From the NCBI GenBank assembly GCA_009691385.1, contig SICQ01000002.1, positions 1-47,324 on the forward strand: a stretch of DNA of 47,324 nt, read 5' to 3'. Origin of the DNA: Candidatus Ryanbacteria bacterium (GTDB taxonomy: Bacteria > Patescibacteriota > Minisyncoccia > Ryanbacterales > GWA2-47-10b). This document shows, piece by piece, positions 34,715-42,627 of the stretch. The position numbers and the translations under genes are program-made. Position 1 is the first letter of the stretch. Each line of letters starts with the position of its first letter. The notes beneath the pieces are model-generated. The model was not told the DNA's origin. It did no database searches and worked only from the letters and a program-made list of their open reading frames with translations.

Positions 34715-36076
34715 CTAAAATGCCAGTTGCAGCTTCAGTTCGCCAAGGCTTTTGTAGCGCTCATCGCCACTTTCACGAAGCTTTTCGCCTGTAGAATAAA
34801 TAGTTTTTGTACTTGCATCATACTTGAGTGCCGCGCCATCAAAAGGATCTTCTGGCACCTTAGACAAGTATTTTGGTATCAGTTCTGTGAGCGAAGCTGG
34901 GTATACTTTTGTATCGTTCTTAAACGCCTTTATCGCCATGGCGACCTGTGTGCTTGCTACAAGATAATCTTCTCGACAACGCTTGTATTGCGCATTACCA
35001 AAGGCTGCCGCAACAACATCATGAAGTGTTTTCCCAACAACATTCTCAGTTATGTATTGTTGAGCAAGAATCGTCCAACTATCTCCATAAGGCACTGATG
35101 GCTTTATTTCTTGCAATTCTAAAGCCCCGCAATGCTTTTTTGAATCACGCACTTGAGCTCGGGCTAAATCAGCAAAGAGTAGTTTTGTTTCGTTAGGGCG
35201 AAAGTGATAAGAGTCTACAGCTCCACCAAATTGCTCACCGAAATTTTCTTTAAATGCCTTTACCTTTTCAGGATCTTGGGAAGTCATTGCATTAATAGCC
35301 CACACGGTCATACCCCAATATTCAGCCTTAAATGCAGTCGCCATTGCTTCCTCGTTATCATAAAACCGCTCTAACCGTGCAGTATATGTCTTTAAACTCT
35401 GGCTATCAATCTCTGACTCTTGCAAAATTATCTGCATTGTTCTAAGTGCCCTACTTTTTATAGCAAAACCGACCAAATATCCAATAAAATGAGACTGGGA
35501 ATTTTGCATTTTCTGCCCTATCGAAGCAGCGCGAAAAGCCTCTTCAAGCGCTTCGACTATTTTCCCTTGTCTATACAAAGCTAGAGACTTCACGGCGCTC
35601 ACATCGGCCATGTTACGAAATGTATTAAGTGGCGGCAAAATAACATTTGGCGAGAACTGCGCTTGGTCTGCAACATTTGGATCCTGATAATAAGATTTTT
35701 GAGCGGCACTTTCAAAATACATGAGTGCCTCAGCATTTTTTTGCAAAATATCAGCCGCCGCGCGTTCATCCCATAGTTTTCCATCAACAATCTCCCCGAG
35801 CTTCGACGGACCTTGATCAATAACCTTGCTCATCTTTATCAAATCAAAATAGGCATTTTGATCATCCGGGATGCTTATCTTTTGAAGACGCAAATCTGAG
35901 TCATCAATAGGCGCGATGTCTCTGGAAAACAAACCGAGAATGCTGGGTAAAAAATACCCAAAAGCACCGAGGAAAACGACGACTGCAAGTATAACCCACG
36001 GCCACCTACGCCTTTTTCTGTGTGGTGGATCTATTAGTTGAGGAATAGCAGGCTGGACCTGCTGACTTTCATCCAT
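34715..36076 (-). CDS. hypothetical N-terminally anchored, mostly alpha-helical exported protein
   Basis: 453 aa. Basic stretch plus TM (RKRRRWPWVILAVVVFLGAFGYFL). The C-terminus (LIPKYLSKVPEDPFDG) resembles the tail motif of pseudopilin-like proteins. No enzymatic motif seen. Confidence 0.7.
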   Translation of the reverse strand: MDESQQVQPAIPQLIDPPHRKRRRWPWVILAVVVFLGAFGYFLPSILGLFSRDIAPIDDSDLRLQKISIPDDQNAYFDLIKMSKVIDQGPSKLGEIVDGKLWDERAAADILQKNAEALMYFESAAQKSYYQDPNVADQAQFSPNVILPPLNTFRNMADVSAVKSLALYRQGKIVEALEEAFRAASIGQKMQNSQSHFIGYLVGFAIKSRALRTMQIILQESEIDSQSLKTYTARLERFYDNEEAMATAFKAEYWGMTVWAINAMTSQDPEKVKAFKENFGEQFGGAVDSYHFRPNETKLLFADLARAQVRDSKKHCGALELQEIKPSVPYGDSWTILAQQYITENVVGKTLHDVVAAAFGNAQYKRCREDYLVASTQVAMAIKAFKNDTKVYPASLTELIPKYLSKVPEDPFDGAALKYDASTKTIYSTGEKLRESGDERYKSLGELKLQLAF

Positions 36077-36115
36077 AGTAGAATTATATCTCTAAACTTG
36101 CTGAAAATAAACAAG

Positions 36116-36146
36116 AAAAAGAGCCGTTCGCTGACGCGAACGGCTC
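36116..36146 (-). terminator. intrinsic terminator of the 36956-36157 operon
   Basis: On the minus strand: GAGCCGTTCGC-gtca-GCGAACGGCTC followed by TTTTT. Confidence 0.65.
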
Positions 36147-36156
36147 TGAACTGCGG

Positions 36157-36429
36157 TCAATCGACCTTGCAGTCTACCTGACCTGACTTGAAGAGATTGC
36201 ACGGGTAGGTGCGCCGACCGTTGATGACCGAGGCGATGAGCTCCTCGTTGCTCGTGCGCCCCTTATGCTCTCCGCAGTCGAAGTTGAGCTGAAGCCCCGT
36301 GGCGTCTACGAGAGTGCACTCGCCCTCCCAAATCTTCACCGAATCGAGGATTTCCTTGTGGAACCCGACTTGGATGAAGGCGACAAGCACGATCACTATC
36401 CACATCAGAACGACGCGAGACCACTTCAT
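36157..36429 (-). CDS. small signal-anchored/secreted 4-Cys protein (GC-rich)
   Basis: ATG 36429 with AAGGAG 7 nt upstream; ATGA overlap with the upstream gene. 90 aa: MKWSRVVLMWIVIVLVAFIQVGF, then a soluble part with 4 Cys (EGECTLV, FDCGEH, YPCNLF, VDCKVD). Confidence 0.6.
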   Translation of the reverse strand: MKWSRVVLMWIVIVLVAFIQVGFHKEILDSVKIWEGECTLVDATGLQLNFDCGEHKGRTSNEELIASVINGRRTYPCNLFKSGQVDCKVD

Positions 36430-36956
36430 GATACATCTCCTTCCGACGAAGACTGTGCCCCCACGAAGGTGAGCTGCGGGCAGATCGCCTTCTTCTTGGC
36501 GATTGCTCGCTCTGCAAGGAGTTCGCCGAAATTCCATCCTCGACGCGCAAGATTCGGTATTCTCGTGCGAATTACCGCCTCACCACTTCTATGGAACACC
36601 CATTCGAAGAAGCCCCAGACAGTGACCATGGCGACTATGGCCAGAACAACACTGATCACGACCACGCCGACCATGAAAATCGTGTTGGTGTAGCCGACGA
36701 TGCCAAATAGCTTGATCGGTAGGAAGACAGCTGCCCACACCAAGCCCAACGCCGTCGCCGCGTAGGCGGCGAGGATGAGCGGGGTGTAGACGAGGATGAC
36801 CCGCATATAGTGGCACAGATTCGTGCCACCCTTGAATCGGCTCTCGTAGCTCTTCATCTTCCATTCCCATAACTCCTCCCGCCCCGTGAACATGTCCACA
36901 AGCAGGAGACCGAAATGAAAAAGGTAGAAGTGCCAACTTCCTCTCGTGACGACCAT
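36426..36956 (-). CDS. polytopic membrane protein, unknown family (GC-rich)
   Basis: ATG 36956 with GGAGG 6 nt upstream. 176 aa, about 3-4 TM. Conserved-looking NLCHYMRVILV near TM2 and a C-terminal KKKAICPQLTF motif. Confidence 0.65.
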   Translation of the reverse strand: MVVTRGSWHFYLFHFGLLLVDMFTGREELWEWKMKSYESRFKGGTNLCHYMRVILVYTPLILAAYAATALGLVWAAVFLPIKLFGIVGYTNTIFMVGVVVISVVLAIVAMVTVWGFFEWVFHRSGEAVIRTRIPNLARRGWNFGELLAERAIAKKKAICPQLTFVGAQSSSEGDVS

Positions 36957-36982
36957 ACAACACCTCCTTGTTATTGATTGTT

Positions 36983-37003
36983 GTTAGTCGGAAGTCGACT
37001 AAC
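36983..37003. promoter_or_regulatory. 8-bp inverted repeat just downstream of the cassette promoter (operator or 5'-UTR hairpin)
   Basis: GTTAGTCG-gaagt-CGACTAAC, between the -10 element (37016-37021) and the SD (36963-36967). Confidence 0.35.
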
Positions 37004-37015
37004 AGATCCGATCAA

Positions 37016-37044
37016 TTTTTACTATATTTCTCTACTTATGTCAA
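37016..37044 (-). promoter_or_regulatory. sigma70-like promoter of the two-gene cassette
   Basis: On the minus strand: TTGACA (37044-37039), 17-nt spacer, TAAAAA (37021-37016). Confidence 0.4.
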
Positions 37045-37072
37045 GCAGAATATTGAGAAAAGTTCTCCACGC

Positions 37073-37807
37073 CTATTCGTGTACAAACATGCCAACCGTT
37101 GCCACCAGTAGCACGCCAGCCAAGATGAGTATGATTTGCATGATAGACGAGCGTGAACCGTGCTTGTGATGTAGCTCGGGTATAAGGTCTGCTGCCGCCA
37201 CATAGAGGAAGTTACCAGCAACCAACGCCAAGAGTATACCTATATAACCTACCGAAACCGTTAGGTAATATCCGATGATAGCTCCTACAACCGTGGTGAC
37301 CGATACAACTGTATTCCAAAAAAGTGCTCGTTTTTTGCTAAACCCGCCGTGAAGCATGACCGCAAAATCACTCGCCTCCTGCGGAATCTCATGCAATATG
37401 ACCGCGATGGCGGCAAGCACGCCCGTAGGAAATCCCGCGCTAAACGCAAACGCGATAAATACACCATCGATAAAGTTATGGATAGCATCACCAATGAGCA
37501 CTAAATAGGCAGATGCATGCGTCTCACACACGCCATCATGGCAGTGATACCAAAAAAGGAGCTTTTCGAGTACAAAAAAGGCGAGAAATCCGCCCAGTAC
37601 CCACGGCAAAGCTTTCTCGGGAGGCAAAAACTCAAATGTCTCGGGTAAGATATCAAAAAAGACCGTGCCGAGCATCACACCCACTGCAAAGCTGATCACC
37701 CAATGCACTACGCGCATCACCCGCTTTTCGTTGAGGATGACCGCAACGCCTGCGAGAAACGAGACAATGGATTCGGCAATACTGGCTATAAGGATAGAAA
37801 GAAGCAT
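37073..37807 (-). CDS. zupT: ZIP-family divalent metal transporter (ZupT-like)
   Basis: 244 aa. HNFIDGV and HEIPQE signature motifs, about 8 TM. Confidence 0.85.
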   Translation of the reverse strand: MLLSILIASIAESIVSFLAGVAVILNEKRVMRVVHWVISFAVGVMLGTVFFDILPETFEFLPPEKALPWVLGGFLAFFVLEKLLFWYHCHDGVCETHASAYLVLIGDAIHNFIDGVFIAFAFSAGFPTGVLAAIAVILHEIPQEASDFAVMLHGGFSKKRALFWNTVVSVTTVVGAIIGYYLTVSVGYIGILLALVAGNFLYVAAADLIPELHHKHGSRSSIMQIILILAGVLLVATVGMFVHE

Positions 37808-37811
37808 AGCT

Positions 37812-38288
37812 TTATGATACCAAAGGTGGCTTTTTTACGCCCATGCGCAAAATTTTCGCATTGGCTTTCTTGAGAAGCTCTCTGCTATTTTTATGTTTGA
37901 TAATTTTCATGGCTTTCTCAAAAGGCGCCCACACAAAACCCTTGTGTTCTTCTGATATTTTGATGGTGCGGGCAAACACCTCACCTAAGTAGAAGGTGAT
38001 AAACTTGAGTCGCTGCTCTGCGTCCTCAGTTTTGGGTGGCCACTGATAGCGAAAATGAATCGTTTCTTTGTATCCGGGGATAAATTTGACGCGCGAGATG
38101 CCAGTCTCCTCCTCTATCTCACGGCGCGCGGCATCAATAGGTCGCTCGCCTTCTTCGAGGCGCCCGCGCGGAAAGGTCCAGTGATTGCGTGTCGCATACT
38201 GAAGAAGCACATACCAGACGCGCCCACCCTGCCGCCGGAATATGATAGCTCCCGCGGACCGTTCTACTATTACTTTTTTTTCAGTCAT
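37812..38288 (-). CDS. NUDIX hydrolase
   Basis: 158 aa. Nudix box GRLEEGERPIDAARREIEEETG. 4-nt overlap with polX. Confidence 0.85.
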   Translation of the reverse strand: MTEKKVIVERSAGAIIFRRQGGRVWYVLLQYATRNHWTFPRGRLEEGERPIDAARREIEEETGISRVKFIPGYKETIHFRYQWPPKTEDAEQRLKFITFYLGEVFARTIKISEEHKGFVWAPFEKAMKIIKHKNSRELLKKANAKILRMGVKKPPLVS

Positions 38289-40012
38289 AAGAGATGACGC
38301 TTTTGTTTTGGGGTCGCCAAAAACTTCTGTAACGCCGGCAATGCAAGCGTGTTAAGAACATGATTTTTGGGAAGACCTGCGCGTCGCGCTTGCCCTATAC
38401 CATACTCCAAATACGAGAGCTCCGCAAGAGAGTGAGCGTCCGTATCAATGCTAAACATCGCACCCGCATCTACTCCGCGTTTTATATGATCATCTTTCAA
38501 ATCAAGTCGCCACGGATGCGCGTCGATCTCAAGCACCGTACCAGTTGCGACAGCGTGCACAATGATGCGATCAATATCAACCGCGTACGGATCTCTTTTT
38601 TTAAGCACGCGACCGGTCGGATGAAATAAAATATCGACATGCGGATTGGACATCGCGCGCATGATGCGCTCGGTCTGTTCATCTTCTGATAAGTTAAAAT
38701 GCGAATGAACAGCCGCGCCCACAATATCAAGCTCTGATAACACTTCGTCAGAGATATCGAGCGTGCCGTCTTTCATAATATTTACTTCGGCACTTTTTAA
38801 AATTTTGATGCCTGATATTTTTTTACCAAGCGCATCAATCTCACGCATTTGTTTGCGTAATTTTTTTTCGTCTGATCCGCCCGTCATCGCAAGACTTTTG
38901 GTATGATCAGTGATCGCGATATATTCGTGACCAAGTCGCTTGGCCTCGCGCACCATCGCCTCTAGTGAACCTGTGCCATCAGTCCAATCAGTTTGTGTTT
39001 GGAAGTCTCCGCGTAAATCTGTAAAACCTACGAGCTCACTATATTTTTTTTCAAGCTCATCTCTCCCTTCGCGTAGTTCAGGTGGCGGCATGATGACTCC
39101 GAGTGCTTTGTATACTTCTTCTTCGGTCGCCCCTGCGATTATTTTCGTACCACGATACAGGCCATATTCGTTGAGCTTTAATTTGCGTTTGAGTGCGAGC
39201 GAGCGCAGTATGACATTGTGATCTTTCGAACCTGTAAAATAAATAAGTGCCGCACCAAAAGATTTTTTGGGTAGTACACGCACATCGACATCAATGCCGT
39301 CTTTAATACGCACTGAACTTTTGGTCTCGCCATGTGCAATAATGTGCGCGACATCTTCGCGTGATACAAATGCATTCATCACCGCATCCGCATCAATAGC
39401 TTCTACCAAAATATCAATATCACCTGATGTCTCGCGCCATCGTCTGATCGATCCTGCAATCTCTACGCGAGAGACGCCTTTTACTTTGCGTAAGTCATCG
39501 GCGATGCGCCGCGCAATCGGCAACGCTTCACCCAATAAAAATCTTCCGCGCGATGATTCGAAAAACTCAATGCCTTTTAAAATTTTCTGTTCAGACTTGA
39601 GACCGAACTTTTCGAGCTTTTGGATCTTGCCCGCGAGCGCCGCCTTTTTGAGACTTGCTACATCTTTTACTTTTAATTTCTCAAAGAGTGTTTTTATCGC
39701 CTTGGGACCAACACCTTCAATGCTTCGCAACTCTTCCATGTTGACCGGCATTTTTTTGCGCATGGCACCCAACTCGCGCACGCGACCAGTCTTGATATAT
39801 TCTTCGATGGTTTGTGCGATTCCCTTGCCGATACCGGGGATTTCTTCAAGTGCTTTGCGTCCGGCGCTCTCATATATCGCTCGCACATCACTATCGAGCG
39901 TCGAGAGCGTCTCGGCTACTTTTTCGTACGCGCGCGCTTTAAACGGTTCATCAAACACCGTAAAGTATTCTGCGATGGCAAAGAGTATATCTGAAATGTC
40001 CTTATTCTTCAT
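38285..40012 (-). CDS. polX: family X DNA polymerase with C-terminal PHP domain (PolX)
   Basis: 575 aa. HhH motifs (IPGIGKGIAQ, IEGVGPKAIK), polymerase core (GSIRRWRETSGDIDILV), PHP (HTKSLAMTGG, AHPWRLD, DTDAH). Confidence 0.9.
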   Translation of the reverse strand: MKNKDISDILFAIAEYFTVFDEPFKARAYEKVAETLSTLDSDVRAIYESAGRKALEEIPGIGKGIAQTIEEYIKTGRVRELGAMRKKMPVNMEELRSIEGVGPKAIKTLFEKLKVKDVASLKKAALAGKIQKLEKFGLKSEQKILKGIEFFESSRGRFLLGEALPIARRIADDLRKVKGVSRVEIAGSIRRWRETSGDIDILVEAIDADAVMNAFVSREDVAHIIAHGETKSSVRIKDGIDVDVRVLPKKSFGAALIYFTGSKDHNVILRSLALKRKLKLNEYGLYRGTKIIAGATEEEVYKALGVIMPPPELREGRDELEKKYSELVGFTDLRGDFQTQTDWTDGTGSLEAMVREAKRLGHEYIAITDHTKSLAMTGGSDEKKLRKQMREIDALGKKISGIKILKSAEVNIMKDGTLDISDEVLSELDIVGAAVHSHFNLSEDEQTERIMRAMSNPHVDILFHPTGRVLKKRDPYAVDIDRIIVHAVATGTVLEIDAHPWRLDLKDDHIKRGVDAGAMFSIDTDAHSLAELSYLEYGIGQARRAGLPKNHVLNTLALPALQKFLATPKQKRHLL

Positions 40013-40245
40013 AGTGTATAAGCTTAGTATAGCGCAGAGAAAAGTTTTCCACAGCGAAATGTATCATAAAAACTTTTTACACTCTATACTTATATCAGAA
40101 CTTAAGAGCACCGAAATTCAGAGAAGAGCGAGGTTCGCGTAATGGCCAACAACCGGCACTGACACTCATGTGTCACCTACACACCTCCCCCTTCCTTGCA
40201 GTTCCCCTGCTCCACGCACCTTTCACAATTTTCTCTTCACACAAT

Positions 40246-40280
40246 GGCCTGCCCTTCACGGACAGGCCTAAACTTTTTTA
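40246..40280 (+). terminator. terminator-like hairpin on the + strand in a gene-free region
   Basis: GGCCTG-cccttcacgga-CAGGCC followed by TAAACTTTTTTAT. No annotated + strand gene precedes it. Confidence 0.3.
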
Positions 40281-40304
40281 TACCAAGATTTTATTTTTTA
40301 AATA

Positions 40305-40931
40305 CTAAAAGAGAGAAACTTGTGGTGCATCTTCTTCGGAAGATTTTTTTGTTTGAGCAACTTCCGGTTTTATTACTTCAACCTCGCCCGATACGATTGC
40401 GGGGAGCTTGGCAAATGTTTCTTTAAATTGGTTGAGTACTGTAGTACCGCGCAGAGCTGCTGCCGGATGAAACATCGGTACGATTTTTTTATCATCCACA
40501 ATAAATGTTTTTCCTTGGTCGCGAGAAATCTTCGCATCAGGCAAAAAATAATTCATCGCGAATCTGCCGAGAGGCACAATAATGCGTGGGCTAATGATTT
40601 CTATTTGTCGCGCAAGATAGGGTTTATATACCTCAATCTCTTCGGGTAGTGGATCACGATTTTCTGGCGGTCGGCGTTTTACAATATTGGTTATGTATAC
40701 TTGCTCTCGGTGCCACCCGATACTTTTAATACACTCGGTGAGCAACTCTCCTCCCCTCCCTACAAACGGGCGGCCTAACCTATCTTCATGAAACCCTGGT
40801 GCCTCGCCAATAAATAAAACTTCTGCGTCCGCATTCCCTTCACCAAACACCAAGCGAGATTCTTGGAGTGGGAGTGAGCTGTCGCCAATCATCTCTTGCT
40901 CGAGACCTGCGAGCAATTCTTTTTTGGTCAT
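40305..40931 (-). CDS. uracil-DNA glycosylase, family 4-like (no Fe-S cysteines seen)
   Basis: 208 aa. GEAPGFHEDRLGRPFVGRGG, HPAAALR motifs. Confidence 0.85.
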   Translation of the reverse strand: MTKKELLAGLEQEMIGDSSLPLQESRLVFGEGNADAEVLFIGEAPGFHEDRLGRPFVGRGGELLTECIKSIGWHREQVYITNIVKRRPPENRDPLPEEIEVYKPYLARQIEIISPRIIVPLGRFAMNYFLPDAKISRDQGKTFIVDDKKIVPMFHPAAALRGTTVLNQFKETFAKLPAIVSGEVEVIKPEVAQTKKSSEEDAPQVSLF

Positions 40932-42025
40932 ACTATTCCTGTGACTCGTATGAGTTCAAAGATTGCACCGGCCGCAAGTGCGAGTGCTACACCACCTGCA
41001 ACGAGCATGCGTGTACCGAGTACGCGGCGCGCGAGAAGCGCTATGATCACACCTTCAACACCAACACCAACCGCGCCGATGATATCGAGCAATAAAATAA
41101 AACTGCGTACACCCGCAAGATAGATGACGAGCGGTACAAACGCGGTAAGTGCCCATGCAACTTTTTGTGAGCGACCAAGATCATACTCAAATGTGTAGCG
41201 CAATTCTAAACCGAGCGCGATGTATGAGGTGATGACTGCGAGAAGCCCGAGCAATGTGCCAACAACATATGCACGATGACCAATACTTGTCGCGAGCACC
41301 GACAACGAATCATGTGGCGGCACGCCACCCGCAAGGCCAATGATCGTCAAACTAAATGCTGCGTAAACTAGTATCGCAATCACGCTACCGGCGATAATCA
41401 CAGGAAATATTTTTTTATGCGCGGATGCCCCGAGCGTATCGATTACCTCTGGTATCACTGAAGCTCCCGATAATGCGAAAAGAAAAATACCGTACGGCAA
41501 AAACCAATCACCATGACCTCCAAGTGTCACTGTAGAAAAATCAAACTGTGGCCACCATATGAAAAAGAAAATGAGTGGCAAAAACACTTCGGGTAGGGTA
41601 AGTACAAAATTGATCGTACCGATGCGCGAGAGGCGAAAAAGAATAAGTGGTGAAACAAGAATAAAAAAAGTGATAGCGAGCGTTGTCTCAGACAACGGAA
41701 TGATATGCGCAAAAAAATCACCGATGATAATGCCGTACGCGAGCAAAAATCCCCAATACGCAAGCAGGCGAGAAACAAGCGCTATCCAAAAACCACTCTC
41801 GCCCAAATATTCACGAGCGTATCCTGGGAGGCGCGCGTGCCTACGGTCTTTTAAAATAACGCCCGCATAGAGTGCGTGCGTGAGCGTCACCAATACCAGT
41901 ACGACAACAGCATGAATGAGTGACCAACCCATGCCCGCCCGCACAATCGTATACGGCAAGGCAAACATGCCAGCACCGATAATCATGCCTGCTAAAAGCC
42001 CCGTCGCTTTGAGCGTGCGGAACAT
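40928..42025 (-). CDS. amino-acid permease, Trp/Tyr-permease-like
   Basis: 365 aa, about 11 TM. N-terminal GMIIGAGMFALPY motif. Confidence 0.7.
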   Translation of the reverse strand: MFRTLKATGLLAGMIIGAGMFALPYTIVRAGMGWSLIHAVVVLVLVTLTHALYAGVILKDRRHARLPGYAREYLGESGFWIALVSRLLAYWGFLLAYGIIIGDFFAHIIPLSETTLAITFFILVSPLILFRLSRIGTINFVLTLPEVFLPLIFFFIWWPQFDFSTVTLGGHGDWFLPYGIFLFALSGASVIPEVIDTLGASAHKKIFPVIIAGSVIAILVYAAFSLTIIGLAGGVPPHDSLSVLATSIGHRAYVVGTLLGLLAVITSYIALGLELRYTFEYDLGRSQKVAWALTAFVPLVIYLAGVRSFILLLDIIGAVGVGVEGVIIALLARRVLGTRMLVAGGVALALAAGAIFELIRVTGIV

Positions 42026-42033
42026 ATAGATTT

Positions 42034-42615
42034 CTAGACTGCGTCTATCTTCTCTCGCTTGAGAATGGCGACGAGTTTTTCTACAAGCTCTTTTGGATCG
42101 TTTGAATAGACAACAAGCGGATTGTCCTTTGCTCGGTGAGATTCAGCTATCACTTCATCGATAAGCTCGGTGGTGCCTCCTGTCTCGGTAAGAATGCCGA
42201 TGGGTTTTTTATCTTCAAAAGCAATAGTGAACTCGTTGAGCGTGCCAATACGCCCACAACCGATTATCACGGCATCGCTCGAGCGAGTAAGAAGTAAATT
42301 GCGCCCTGACATACCAGCTCCCGTATAGATAATCATATCCATATAGTCGAGTGGGAGATCAAAAGTCTCACGATGCTCTTTTTCGGTTGCCGCAGGTGAA
42401 ATACCAATAGTTGCCCCGCCAGCTTCTTTGGCGCCAATAGCCGCCCAGTACGGAAAGCCTGTGGTAGCACCATTGACCAAAATAGCGCCGATAGTCGCTA
42501 TCTCTTTGCCGATTGCTTTTGCCTTATCAAGCGCATCCGCCGAACAATGCGCGGTATCGGCAGCTCCCGATACGCAGATTTTGAGTTTCAGATGATTGTG
42601 TGCGGGTTTATTCAT
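42034..42615 (-). CDS. TIGR00725/LOG-like (SLOG superfamily) Rossmann protein
   Basis: 193 aa. ICVSGAAD start, GGATTGFPY, GGTTELIDE pattern typical of LOG/DprA-like nucleotide-binding folds. Confidence 0.65.
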   Translation of the reverse strand: MNKPAHNHLKLKICVSGAADTAHCSADALDKAKAIGKEIATIGAILVNGATTGFPYWAAIGAKEAGGATIGISPAATEKEHRETFDLPLDYMDMIIYTGAGMSGRNLLLTRSSDAVIIGCGRIGTLNEFTIAFEDKKPIGILTETGGTTELIDEVIAESHRAKDNPLVVYSNDPKELVEKLVAILKREKIDAV

Positions 42616-42627
42616 AAACCCAGCGTA

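Noticed and set aside
39267-40142. 291-aa + strand ORF antisense to polX.
   Set aside because: Ser-rich, low-complexity translation with no SD or promoter. It is fully contained in the well-supported polX gene on the opposite strand.
40013-40304. Tested the idea that this gap holds SRP (4.5S) RNA, RNase P RNA or a tRNA-like gene.
   Set aside because: I could not find the SRP domain IV GGAA-tetraloop/AGCA context, the RNase P GAGGAAAGTCC box, or a GTTCRANYC T-loop. It is kept only as an unclassified sRNA/sORF candidate.
40196-40426. 76-aa + strand ORF spanning the intergenic region into the UDG gene.
   Set aside because: No SD. It runs antisense into the UDG 3' end and its composition is implausible.
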